A stretch of DNA of 64,000 nt from the human T2T-CHM13v2.0 reference genome, Homo sapiens. Location: NCBI RefSeq assembly GCF_009914755.1, contig NC_060947.1. One strand, given 5' to 3'. The number at the start of each line of letters is the position of its first letter. Position 1 is the first letter of the stretch. Below, piece after piece: positions 53,385 through 64,000 of the stretch. Under the pieces are notes generated by a model, which saw nothing but the letters and a program-made list of their open reading frames with translations, was not told where the DNA came from and did not search any database. Both the position numbers and the translations under genes were made by a program.

Positions 53385-53895
53385 GTTAGTGAGGTCTCTT
53401 TCTATTGCAAATGGCAGGTATCCAACCCAAACTAGTCTAAGCCAAAAGGGGATCTTATTAGTTCACATAAACTAGAAGTACAAGGGTGGTCTGGTCAGGC
53501 AATGCTAGATCCCAGCTCAAGTGAGGTCTGTCCATCTCTTGGATGCCCATTTTTCTTCGTAGGCATCACTGTCAGGCATGCTGTTCTCTTAGAGCTCCTG
53601 AAACTCTAGGCTTATATCTTCTAGCTGATCAATCCCCAATGTCTCTTTCCCTACACTTTTATCAGAAGTTCCAGGGAGGGTTTGTATTGGCCCAGCTGGG
53701 GTCACATGACTTTGCATATACTAATCACTCCAACCAGCATGATGAAATCCTCTAGTTGGCCAGGGTTAGATCATCTGTCAGCCCTTGGACCTGATTCACA
53801 CATACTCACAGTGGTGGAGGGGTACTCTCCCACAAAAATGTTGGCGGCAGTTACAGAAAAGAAGGAATGGATGCTGAGCGAATGAAAACAATGGG
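53385..53895 (-). mobile_element. Old MLT1 (J/K-like) LTR
   Basis: tattgcaaatggcagg...aacccaaactagtctaagccaaaagggg...attggcccagctggggtcacatg...gttacagaaaagaaggaatggatgctg. Confidence 0.7.
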
Positions 53896-54149
53896 CCTCT
53901 GCATTTCTCATTTCATAGATGAGGAAAGTGAGGCCCAGAGTAGGGTAGGGACTTGCCCATGATTATATAGCCTCTGTAGCAAGGAATGTTATGGGACTTT
54001 TGCTGGCCAGGAGTTAAGAGGCCCTGCTTCCTGCTTTTGTCCCAACATCAGAAATGCTAGGCCATCTCTGGTGGCAATTTCGAAGTTTACAAGGTCAAGA
54101 GAAGTTCTAGGTCTGACAGGGCTGCAGATGTGTGCTATGAAAATAACTC

Positions 54150-54310
54150 TGTGGGCTAGAGATCAGGACACCTGGGTCCTGGTCCTAGCTCTGCCACTAA
54201 CTTGCTGAGTGAACTTGGACAGGGCCATCCCTCATTCTAGGCCTCATTTTGCCCATCTATAAGCTGAGAAGACTGGATTGAATGGTCTGAAAACAGACTA
54301 TAAGTTAACG
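54150..54310 (+). mobile_element. MIR/MIR3 SINE
   Basis: tcaggacacctgggtcctggtcctagctctgccactaacttgctgagtgaacttggac...gcctcattttgcccatctataa. Confidence 0.75.
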
Positions 54311-55229
54311 CTTTTATTCTACTCTTGGGGAGGGAGGGAGAGAAGGCAAAAGGCTGAGAGTGAATTTCTCCTCTCCATCTGGAACCATGTGGAATTTCTG
54401 CAGTGGAGACATTTAACCTGACTTTAATTTGAGTTGAAATGTCTGATATTTCTGATAGTAATAACATGCCCTGGATGGGGCAAGGGGGAGCAAGGCCCCC
54501 TGAAAAGAACACCAAAAAGCCCTCTCTGTTCCTTCTCTTGAAGCACAGTCCCCAGCAGGCAGGGGTCCCGGCAGCAAGGCCCAGGGAAGCGGGTGTTCCT
54601 GAGAAGCCGAGGTTGGAGGAATCCATATCCAGCTGGCAGGCAGCCATGCTGGCTGCATGGCGGTCTTTCTGCACCTCCTTCTCCCTTCAACCTGCCCCAT
54701 CCTGCCCTGCTAGGTCTGTTGGCTGGCTTTGGGCTGGGCCAGGAGCTGTGGAACACCAGGGAGAAGGGCAGACGGTGGGTGGTGCATGAGGTGCCACCTG
54801 GGGTGTCAGGCACGTGCCCTGGCAGAGCATAGAAGCATGGTGTGAGCACATGTGTGTAGTGGGTGAGGGGGATGTTGTGCTGCTGGTGGGGTAATAGTCA
54901 TGGTAGCCACCGCTGGGTGTGTTGGTCCCTCCCTAGGTATCTATCATCCTTCCCCCACTGAGTCCATCCCTCCCTTCCCATAAGCATCTCCTCCTCAATG
55001 GGAGGTCCTCTCAGCTGCCACCCCATCCTCTCCTACCCTGACACAGATGTTTCATCTTAACCCTCCTTCTGTCGCAAAGTAAGCCCTAGCCCAGATAGGT
55101 GTGGGGGAGTGAGGTCATTCATTCATCAGGGGATACAGCTAAAATTTCTCAACTCTTTTCACTACTAGGCCAAGTACACTGTGTTAAACAATGAAGGTGG
55201 AAGTCCTGTCTTACGTCTAACTTTGCCGC

Positions 55230-55870
55230 CTCATACTGTATTTATTCTCCTCTGGAGATAGAGAATTGCTGGCCAGTAGCCACTATATAAAAAGCGCCTG
55301 GAGTCAGGGAATACGTGGTGCCCTTGCTGCCCCTCCTCCAGTTTCTCATCTCACACCCAGCCTGTTTTCTTGCCTTAATGATCCTTCTGTGATGAGGCGA
55401 TGAGTGGGCACTGGAGAGCCCATGCTGACCGACTAGCCCAGAGCAGGCAGCCCTCCAATTACCCACAAGGCTCAGGGGAGGGGCCGTAGGGGTGGGGAAA
55501 GAGTGCTTTCTTCCCCCCTTTAAATATATATATTTAAGCAAGGAAACAGATTTCACTTTCAATCTTCTTTCCAAGAGATTGTTATAAACAAAAACAGGTC
55601 TGGGGCAGGAGGAGGAGGGGGAAGAGAGGAAAATGATTTGGGAGATTAAGGAGGCAGCCACGACAGCGTCCCCTTTTAAACCTCAATAACGTTGTTTTTC
55701 TTGGTTGTTTTTTCCTCCTTCCCTCTCCAGCCAGCGTTACTTAAAAGGAACATTATGTTATCACAAATCAGATTTCCAAACATCATCTCCAGGTCACTGT
55801 GAACAGCTCAGCAATTTGGCTGCAGATTCCTGGAGAAGGCGTCCCCTTTAACCTCAAACTCAGGAGGGAG
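55230..55870. promoter_or_regulatory. Candidate cis-regulatory element (repeat-free, motif-dense)
   Basis: TATATAAAAA at 55284; ACGTG at 55313; 18-bp perfect palindrome at 55520-55537; adjacent SOX-like ATTGTT (55578) and forkhead-like ATAAACA (55584); several retained CpGs. Motif evidence only. Confidence 0.4.
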
Positions 55871-56424
55871 CTGCCCCCATTGCAAATGCTGGGGAAGCCC
55901 TCCCTGCGGAGACTGAGAGAGGAGAGCAGCCAGGCCAGGCTGGGCCGGGCGGAGTGGGTGGGGGTGCTGCATCTACAGGCAGCAGGCAGTGCCACACGGC
56001 TCCATGCCACCCCACCTCCACTGTGCCCTAAGGGGCAGCTGGGGGATCTTGCTGCTTCTTGGAGGACATCCCTGGCTCTGCTGTTGGGGCCTGGACCTGG
56101 CAGGATAATGTGGGCTTCATTTTCCCTCTGCCATAAACATGGGGCTTATCGATGCCACGGAGCTGCCAGGGAAGATTAAAGTCAGGGCTGGCGCCCTAGT
56201 TCCAATGCCAATGAGATACTACAAGTATTCCAGCTGGGGCGGTGCAGGGCAGGGTGACATGAGGGTGAGGCAGAGGGTATGGGACAGCTGAAGGGCTTCT
56301 GGAAGAGTGATGTTGCTCCATAGTCTGCTCCATCTGGCCAAACACAAAGCTGCCCTTTGCCCTCCACCTTACTCTTTCCTCTGGGGACAGGTCAGGAGTC
56401 GAGGAGGAGGAAAGAGAAGCCAGG

Positions 56425-56520
56425 TTAGGAGGTATCTGAGATGTATAGGCCTGAAACTGCAGCAAGAAGGATTTGGGCTAGATGCAAAGGATTTCTAAAC
56501 AGTGAAGATTCAGCACCCAT
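56425..56520 (+). mobile_element. L3/CR1-like fragment
   Basis: gaaactgcagcaagaaggatttgggctagatgcaaaggatttctaaacagtgaagatt resembles the CR1/L3 ORF2 3' region. Confidence 0.5.
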
Positions 56521-56754
56521 GAGGCAATTTTTTTCACAAAGAATTGAGGGGAACGAATGAACTGTAAAGAGTTGGTGATTTTGGCATCTAACCAATGGAA
56601 ACAGCTGAGGGACAGCAATTGGGATTGGGGTCCCTGCATGTTCTGTGTGTCCTCCATGGGGCCCAGAATTGAGCCAAGCCAGAAGGTTCAATTCCAGGTC
56701 CTTGAGCCAAAACATTCTTTCAATGATCCTACTGCCGTTAACGTTTGTGCATTT

Positions 56755-56910
56755 CCCAATAGCCCTGAGATGCAAGAACTGGGACCTCCATTTTATAGAT
56801 GGAAAAACAGAAGTTCAAAGAGGAAATGGCTTCCAAAGACTACAGAAGGAATGAGCTAAGGAGTTGAAACTAGCCCTGAGATCTCCTGGCCTTCACCTTC
56901 AGGCTCTTTT
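56755..56910 (-). mobile_element. MIR SINE fragment
   Basis: ctccattttatagatggaaaaacagaagttcaaagagg. Confidence 0.6.
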
Positions 56911-57479
56911 CTTTGACCCTTGCCACTGTGAGGTGGACCCTTGTAGGCCAGCCCTTGCTCCATTGAGTTTCTAAATGAAGCAAGTGACAAAGCAGGCCCA
57001 AGAGTGAGCTCTTGGCCTTGAACAGGGTGGAGGTGGTGAGATTGTCCAAAAAGGTAAAGAATGGTCCTGAAAAATCTGGAACTCAGAGAAAGAGTTCCAC
57101 GGGCAAGGCTGACACTCAGTCAGAGAGCTGGCAGAGAGGCCTGCCCAGTGTTGTGGTGAGGGCCATGTGCAAGGCTGAGATGGCAGAGATGACTGGAGAT
57201 AAAGGGATGGCCCAGAGACTACGGGTCTGTCCGGGAAGAACTTCATTCAGCAAAACTGTGCCTGGAGGGTCAAAGAGCCACTTCTGCCTGGCCCAGGTGG
57301 CAAGAGGCTAGATACCTCCATAGTCACTCTATGACCTTGGGGTAAGAGGAATCAGTGGGGATTCTTTGGAGACAACTCAGGAGTAACAGTTGGCCAAGAT
57401 CTTCTCCCTCCAGAGCACTGCAGGATTGGGCCTCAAATGGCAGCCTGGGGCCCACATCCAGCACAGAGAAGGGCAAAGC

Positions 57480-57700
57480 AGCTCATGCTTACCAGGTGCC
57501 TGGCCCTTGCATGTGGTTACCTCATTGACTCCCGCCAACAGTCCTGTGAGGTGGAGATTTGGCTCTCCATTTTAGGATGGCAAAGTAAGGCTTAGGGAAG
57601 GGAAGGGGCTTGTCCAATACTCGTCAAAAATACAACCCAGAGGCTAGATTTGAACTCGGGTCTGTTTCTCTCAAGATTTATACTCTCTGCTAAGCCATGA
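57480..57700 (-). mobile_element. MIR SINE
   Basis: cctcattgactcccgccaacagtcctgtgagg...ccattttaggatggcaaagtaaggcttaggga...ctagatttgaactcgggtctg. Confidence 0.7.
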
Positions 57701-59259
57701 CCTCAAGGGTACAGCCTGGCCCCCTCAGGAGTCACAGTGAAAGGTGCCTGGTAGTGGCCCTCAGGGAACTCTGAGTTTGGGGGGTTCTGGGCCTTTGGTC
57801 CTCCAGGTTCCCCACTCTGAGGGCCCTCCAACTCTCTGAGATCAGGAAATGGACATGGGGAGACCTAGGTAGGCCAAAGACAGGAAGCTCTGGGGGCCAG
57901 GGGGCTGGTTGGGGAAAGATTTCTGCCACTGCCCCGAGCTACAGATTCCCCCCTCCTCCTAGGTTCCCTAGCCCTCCCTTCAAGGCCCTCATAGACTCAG
58001 CACCCCAAGAAAGCTCTGTTCCATGAAGGGGGCACACAGGGGGCTTCTGCCTTGCTCCTCATGCTACTGATTCCTGGGCATCTGGCCCGGCCACTCCCTC
58101 CAACACGATCCTTTGGGAGGAGGGTTGTAAAGCACCCAAAGCAACCTTGGGTAGACTGACACTCAGCCCGCCACCCCCACTACAGGGGCAGCTTAGCCAT
58201 CAGCACTGAGCATGCAGAGGCCTCTCCCTTGCTTGCTTTATTTATCTTGGCCCAAGGACGATGAAGCCCGGATCTGAGGGGAGGATGGAAAGGCCATTTC
58301 CAATATTTCCTCTCGGCCTCTCCATGCCCCTGAATTGCCCCTTAGTACCCGGGAGGAGAGGGCAGAGGTCCATGGTCTGAAAACAATGGCTTGAAACTGG
58401 GGGAGGGGGGCAGAGGAAGGAGGGAGAGGGAGGATTCAAAACCCACAAGCCCTGTCATGGACTTGCAGGTAATGCACAGCATGCTCCAGGGTGGGCTCTG
58501 CAAACTGGTGGACCTCAGACTCTCAACTGAGTCACATAGATGCAGCCTCAGACAGCTATAGGTAGATGGGGCAGAGGCTGGACTGGTTCCCTTCCTTCCC
58601 AGGGCCAGGACTGCATAGAACTGCCAGCCCTAGGAAGCAGTGTGGAGAGTCCTCCGTCCATGCCAGTAGAAGGAAGGGGCCTGCAGGCCCTCCTGGGTCT
58701 CTAAGAAGCTCCAGGCTTGCATCTCAAGAGCCCATTTGCCTGAGCAGAGTGGCCCCACCATGATTGGAGGTCCCAGTCCTCCCCCTCTTTGGCTTCTTTG
58801 CACTGCTAGAATCCCTATCTCCAGTTATCATGTCCTTCACCACACCCAGTGCTGTCCTTCAGCCAAGCCACACACATGGAACTGCTTTCATCTTCCTCCT
58901 CAGCTGGGCCTACCCTTTCCCAAGGGCTCAGGGACCTCGCTCCTCTGAATTCTCTCCAATTTGTCTCCATCACTCCCCATGTGCAGGGATGTTCAGCTGC
59001 ACAGTGGCCTCAGAGGAAAAGTGGGAGGCTTGGGACTGCAGCAAGCTGGCCTGCACCCTAGCCCACAGGGACATCAGGGAGGGGAGGGCATTTCCTGTTT
59101 CTCAGCCTCCCTCCTTCCTTCTGGGCTCTGCAGGGACCTGAAGTGTCAGGGAGTGGGTAGCCTCCATTCAGTCAGCAAATGTCCAATGTGGGTGACAATA
59201 GGGATCTAACTTGGTTACTGCCTGTAAGGATCTGTCAGATCAGTAAAAGAGGTCATATT

Positions 59260-59495
59260 ACTAATAATAGTACCCATAACACCAATACAACACTTTACCC
59301 ATGGCAGGCACTGTCTCAAGGACTGTACACAGGTTAATCATTTCATCTCACATTAACTACAACTATCTCCATTTTACAGATGAGGAAATGGACTCAAAAA
59401 GGTTATATGAATTGCCCTAGTAACTGTGATTCTAGAGCTGGGATTCTGTACCCAGGAAGGCTGACTCCAGAGCCTGTGCTCTTAATCACTACACT
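59260..59495 (-). mobile_element. MIR SINE
   Basis: ggcaggcactgt...ctccattttacagatgaggaaatggactca...ctgactccagagcctgtgctcttaatcactacac. Confidence 0.82.
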
Positions 59496-59549
59496 AAACC
59501 TAGACAGAAAGCTCACAGAATGTTTAGAGGAAAGACCAGTTATTTCCAA

Positions 59550-60500
59550 CAGAGAGGTTTAGGGAAGACTTCTCGGAGGAGGAAGTGTTGCCGATGGACC
59601 ACTCAGGGAACTTGGACTTGCAGAGAGATGAGAGGACATTCTAGGTGAAGGACAAGAGTAAAAGCAATGATCAGGGACTAGGATATTGTAAGTCAGGTTC
59701 AGAAAACTCTAGGAGCTCAGTGTGGCAAGGACTGGAATGGCAGCCTTGGGAGGCAAGACTGCGAAGGCAGTGTGTCCTGTAGGCCATCAGCTTTAAGGAA
59801 GGGCAGAACCTGATCTGAGCTCGGTTTGAAACTCATTCAGCCTGTGGGAGAGGCTACTATAATTGTCAGACAAGAGATGATCCCGTTCTGTTCTGGGGTG
59901 ATGGCAGTGGGGATGCTTTGAAGATGTCATGAGGTGGCAGAGGTAATGGATTGACAGGACTTGGTCTCCAAATGAATGCCAGGTGTGAGGGAAAGTGAGG
60001 AGCCCACTGAGTGGGTTGTTATGCTATTCCTGGAACTAGGACACTGTGAGGGAGAAGCAGAATGGGTGGGTTGAGGCATTTTGTTTGGGACATGGAGGGT
60101 TTGAGGTGCCTGTGGGGCATCCAGCAGAGACCCTTATTTTGGAAAATAAATAAGGGGATCCCCAAATGCCTCAAGTGCAGACTTTAAGAGCAAACGGTGG
60201 GAGGTGGTGCTGAACAGAAAAGCTAGAGCCTGGACTCCCCAGTTAATTAGTTAGAACTTGATTCTATAGCCACAGGGAGCCCTTAAAGGGTTCTTGAGCA
60301 GGGGAGTGATGCAGTTAGATTTGCATTTTTAGGAAGGTGGATTTGCATTTTAGGAAGGTGAACAGGCTGCTTGGGAAGAAGGCTGAGGGGAGATGGTGGG
60401 GATGGGGATGAGGGAACAGATATGAGAGACATTTTGATGGCAGAAAGGGTGGGACCCAGAGAGAAGAAGCAAGGTAAAAAAGAGAGAGTGACCCAGTTGC
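59550..60500 (-). mobile_element. Degraded L2 fragments (~59550-60130 and ~60270-60500)
   Basis: tagggaagacttctcggaggaggaag; gagaggctactataattgtcagacaagagatgat; tttgggacatggagggtttgaggtgcctgtggggcatcca; gggttcttgagcaggggagtgat...agatttgcattttt. Confidence 0.7.
60318..60360. repeat. Tandem duplication, 22/21-bp units
   Basis: gatttgcatttttaggaaggtg followed by gatttgcattttaggaaggtg. Confidence 0.9.
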
Positions 60501-63500
60501 CACATGGAGAAGGAACAAGCCTGAGAGTGAGGCAGGGAGCGATGGGGTGGCCGGCAGTGGTGGGAGAAGTGAGAGTGAGGCAAGTTGCTTCCTCCCTGCT
60601 TGTTTGCTCCCCTGGGGGCCCTAGCCACAGGCCTTTGTTTGAGGACAGAAGAAATGCTTCCAAAGGCAGCGCCTCCCTCCTGCTACAGGTTATAAATCTC
60701 CAGGGCCAGACACCAACACACACACCTGCCGCAGGCCTGGGCTCAGCAGCTGGGCCGCCAGGGTAGGGGCCAGTGCTTCCCAAAGATGGGAGGATTTCCA
60801 GGCTACATTTCCAAAGGAATTCCCGGCTGGTGAAACACCAGAAAGGAGCGGGGAGAAAGAGCCTGTCCATCCCTGAACAGGGCCCAGCATTTAAGGGTGG
60901 GGGTGGTGGTGGGATGAGGGGCCAGGGAGGGAAGATGGGGCCAGATGGAGGGAAGGCTCATAAGAGGGAGTGGGGGCTGGCTGGGGAGCCAGGCAAGGAA
61001 GGGATGCACAGGAGGAGGGGCTGGGAATCGGGAACTGAAGCAGCTGGGAGTACCTCCTTTGAGCTTCAAGCATCTGACATGGCCTTTCCCAGGGGCCAGG
61101 CCAGCCAGAGTCACAGAGAGCTACCAGTGTAGGTGACAGTCAGGTGTGGGGCACAGCGATGGCCAACACATCTCCTATGCACACACAGAGGGAGCTCATC
61201 TCAGAGCTGGAAGAACCTTAGCAGATGCCAGGGTCCAATCTCAACATGTGATTGGGGGAGCAGGGAGCTCAGAGAGGTGTAGCGGCTGCTCAAAGCTGCA
61301 CAGCAAGGCAGTTGCAGAACTGGGCCTGTAGATGGGAATACAGGGCTTTCTGGCATAAAGCTCTACTCTCTTGAGGGAAGCCATAATGAGAGAGATAAAG
61401 AGATCTTGGGATTCTTTTGTCACCACCTGGAGAGAAGTCTTTCCCTCCCTAATTTGTGGGGGACAGAGAGGATTGAGAGCTGACTGCAGCAGTGGTAACT
61501 GCCAAAGCAATTAGACTTTGGCAATCTTTGGATGAATTGAACATGGGAAACATGGAGGAAGTGTAGACAGAAGGCCAAGAGGTAATTCTGAAGAGGTAGA
61601 GAAAAGGTGGCGGGAGCCACCTAGAGAAGATGGGGCACCAAGCTGGAAGACAGCAGGATGCTTCGCTGGTGGCTGAATGGCTGTTGGGAATGGTTATTAG
61701 TTGCAGAAGAGAAGAAAGGAGGAGAGGGCGGAAGGGGGACATGGAGGGTAAGATTACTAGGAGCCCTGGAAAGAGACACGCTTTGTTTCAGACAGTAGCT
61801 GTGAGGGACCACAGAAGGCCAGGAGTCCCCAGGGAGCTTGATCTGGTCTAAAGTCTCTGCCTAGAGATCCAGACAGAAAGACTCTGGCTTCCTCAGTGGC
61901 CAGTAGGGTGGGTGGCCACACTAGGGGCCATCTTCAGAGTAAAGGCTTCTGAGAGGAGGTAAGCTTGGCATTGGACTGGACAGGCAAATTGTGGCACCTG
62001 TACACTCTCTTCATCTCTGTCAGACTCTGGAGGCTGCAGGCAAGGGCTAGTTAGCTGCCCAAGCCCCTTTGGTGCATGGACAGGAAATTGGCACATGCAC
62101 TGTATGTGCTCACTTTTCACCTACACAGGCTCATGGGTAGAGCTGGACACTCTCTGGAAAGAAAGAAACCTCCCAAGCCACTGATGTCAAAGGCAGGAAT
62201 GCCTCTAGGGTACTTCTAGGCAAGAGTCCAAGGGCCCTGCCTGGGCTAAACTACACAGGCCCCTCACTGACCTGGCATCCTGGATGCCACTTCTGCCATT
62301 GATGCCACACTGGCAACGGGAGGGAGGAAGACTTCCTACTTGCCTCCTCAGTAGCCCAGGGTAAGAAGTAGCCTCCTCTCCTGCCCCGAACCAAATGGTC
62401 CCTGCCTGGGGACACCCTGGCCTATTTTCTTAGCTCCTTAGCAGTAAGCCAACCGCCTAGGCCCTTTTTCTACCTAGAGAGATTTCCCTTAGATTTCCTG
62501 GTGCTTATGCATGTTCTACCCTCTCTGCCCAAGTTCCTTAGAGGCATACAACAGGCACTCAAAGGAAGCTCCTTGATGGCGTAAGAGACAGAAATTGATA
62601 AGGCCAAGTATTGCCTGATCCCCAGCCCTTGAATGCTGACAGTGAAAGTTTTCCAAAGGGCCAAGAGCTGACCATATCCCTTGGCCTTGGCACATATGCC
62701 ATCCCTGAGGGTGGTAGTGGTTAGGCCTCATTTGGAGGATGATGGTGGATGAGGGGGCACAGGGATGGGACAAGCCACAGAACAACTTGCCATCTTCTAG
62801 TGAACAGCAGGAGCAGAGACAAAGCCTCCTCCAACTCTGACACTTTGTTTCCAGGCCACCAACCCTATCTCAAGGTTAGCTCATAGTTAGAGGCAGCCAC
62901 AAGCCCAGCCAATCATCCTGCTTTGAAGAACCATCTACAATTTTTTGAAGAGATAATAATGTGGCCTTTGTCTTTCTCCTCCTCTCATTCTCACTTTCCC
63001 TGTCCTCTAGTCCTTTATGTGGTCATTTTCTGGCCCTTCTCCAAAAAGGAAAAAAAAGGGCACCACCAAGCTAGGCTGAAGAGATGATTGAGGCAGACCT
63101 GTTCCTCTTGTGAGCTGGCTGCTCCATGGGGCCTGGTAGTGAGGCCAAGACAGCAGATGGGAGTCCCTCTGCCTCCTCCTTCCTCGAGGAAAGGTTTACA
63201 AAGCTTACTCCCTCCCAAGTGTCTTGGGTGTACCCACTGCAGGAGCTAATGAAAGTGGATGTGATCCCATCCACCACCTGGATACCGGTACAGGCCCTAA
63301 GTGGGCAGACACACACCATGCTGGTAAGGGTGCCATTTGTCCAAAGCAGGCAGATGGATTCAGCAGCTGCCTAGGTCACCTGCCAGGTCTGGACTGGGCC
63401 AGGGGCTTTTGGCACCAGCTTCAACAACTTGGACCCTTTCTCAGGACTCTGAGCCAAGGAAAGTTCTCCAGAAACTGAGAAGCCCATCCCATCCTCTTCC

Positions 63501-64000
63501 CCAAGCTTGACACTAGGAGAAAACTTTCAGTCAAATATTTCTGTCATGACAAAGACCTCCAAAGGTCATCTTATCCATCCCCCAGGCTCCAGACTAGAAA
63601 ATTTTTCTTTCAACCTGGTTAGTCAACCCTTTCCTGCCATGCTTATGCATTCTGGTCTCAAAGAAGGCACCGTGAGTCCCTGTGCTCCAGTGGTATTTGT
63701 TTTGGATGCTGGGAGCCATGTATGCCGGCTTCTAAGAGCGGAATGGGGATCCTCCGGGGAAGGTGAGAATGGAGTCACGTGGCAGAGCCAGCAGGGCAGG
63801 GGGCACCCGGGGGCCCAGTGCCTCTCTCCTGCTAAGGATTGACTGCCTCTGCCTTTCTGGCCGCCTGCCTGCATCTCAGTTTCTAAGCAGAGCCTGGAGC
63901 CTGGCCTAGGGAGCAATGCGAGTCCCAGCCCAAGGCCTTCTGAGAGCAGCAGAGCGGAGCAGCCCCAATCAGCCTTTGGCTGCCTTGCTTCCTGCAGGTG

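Noticed and set aside
60283-60870. Longest ORF in the track (195 aa), and the 192-aa ORF at 24875..25453
   Set aside because: Both overlap L2 or MIR sequence, show no recognisable domain, and are of a length expected by chance in GC-rich DNA.

Overview
This is primate (human-like) non-coding genomic DNA, shown by AluJ and AluS elements plus ancient eutherian repeats; I cannot fix the species or locus from sequence alone. I find no supportable host protein-coding gene, RNA gene or CRISPR array. The ORF track is explained by decayed L1, Alu and LTR sequence, simple repeats, or chance ORFs in GC-rich DNA. There are four blocks. (1) 1-17,100 is an AT-rich, deeply nested transposon pile: an old L1 holds an L1MC1-like element, which in turn holds an L1MA-like element with an AluS, a Tigger3, and an L1MA9-like element with an AluS and an MLT1A. 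(2) 17,100-39,600 is GC-richer unique sequence with MIR, L2, one AluS and microsatellites. (3) 39,700-52,100 is a second AT-rich block of HAL1, L1MC/MD, L1ME, Tigger3a and MLT1F. (4) 52,100-64,000 is GC-richer, with MIR, L2, L3 and a repeat-free candidate enhancer near 55.2-55.9 kb. The clearest unexplained signals are local copy events: a ~160-bp inverted duplication inside the Tigger3 copy, a 74-bp insertion templated from 954 bp away, and several small templated-repair-like scars. I see no evidence of a new biological system. Repeat subfamily names come from recalled consensus sequences, and most boundaries are approximate.
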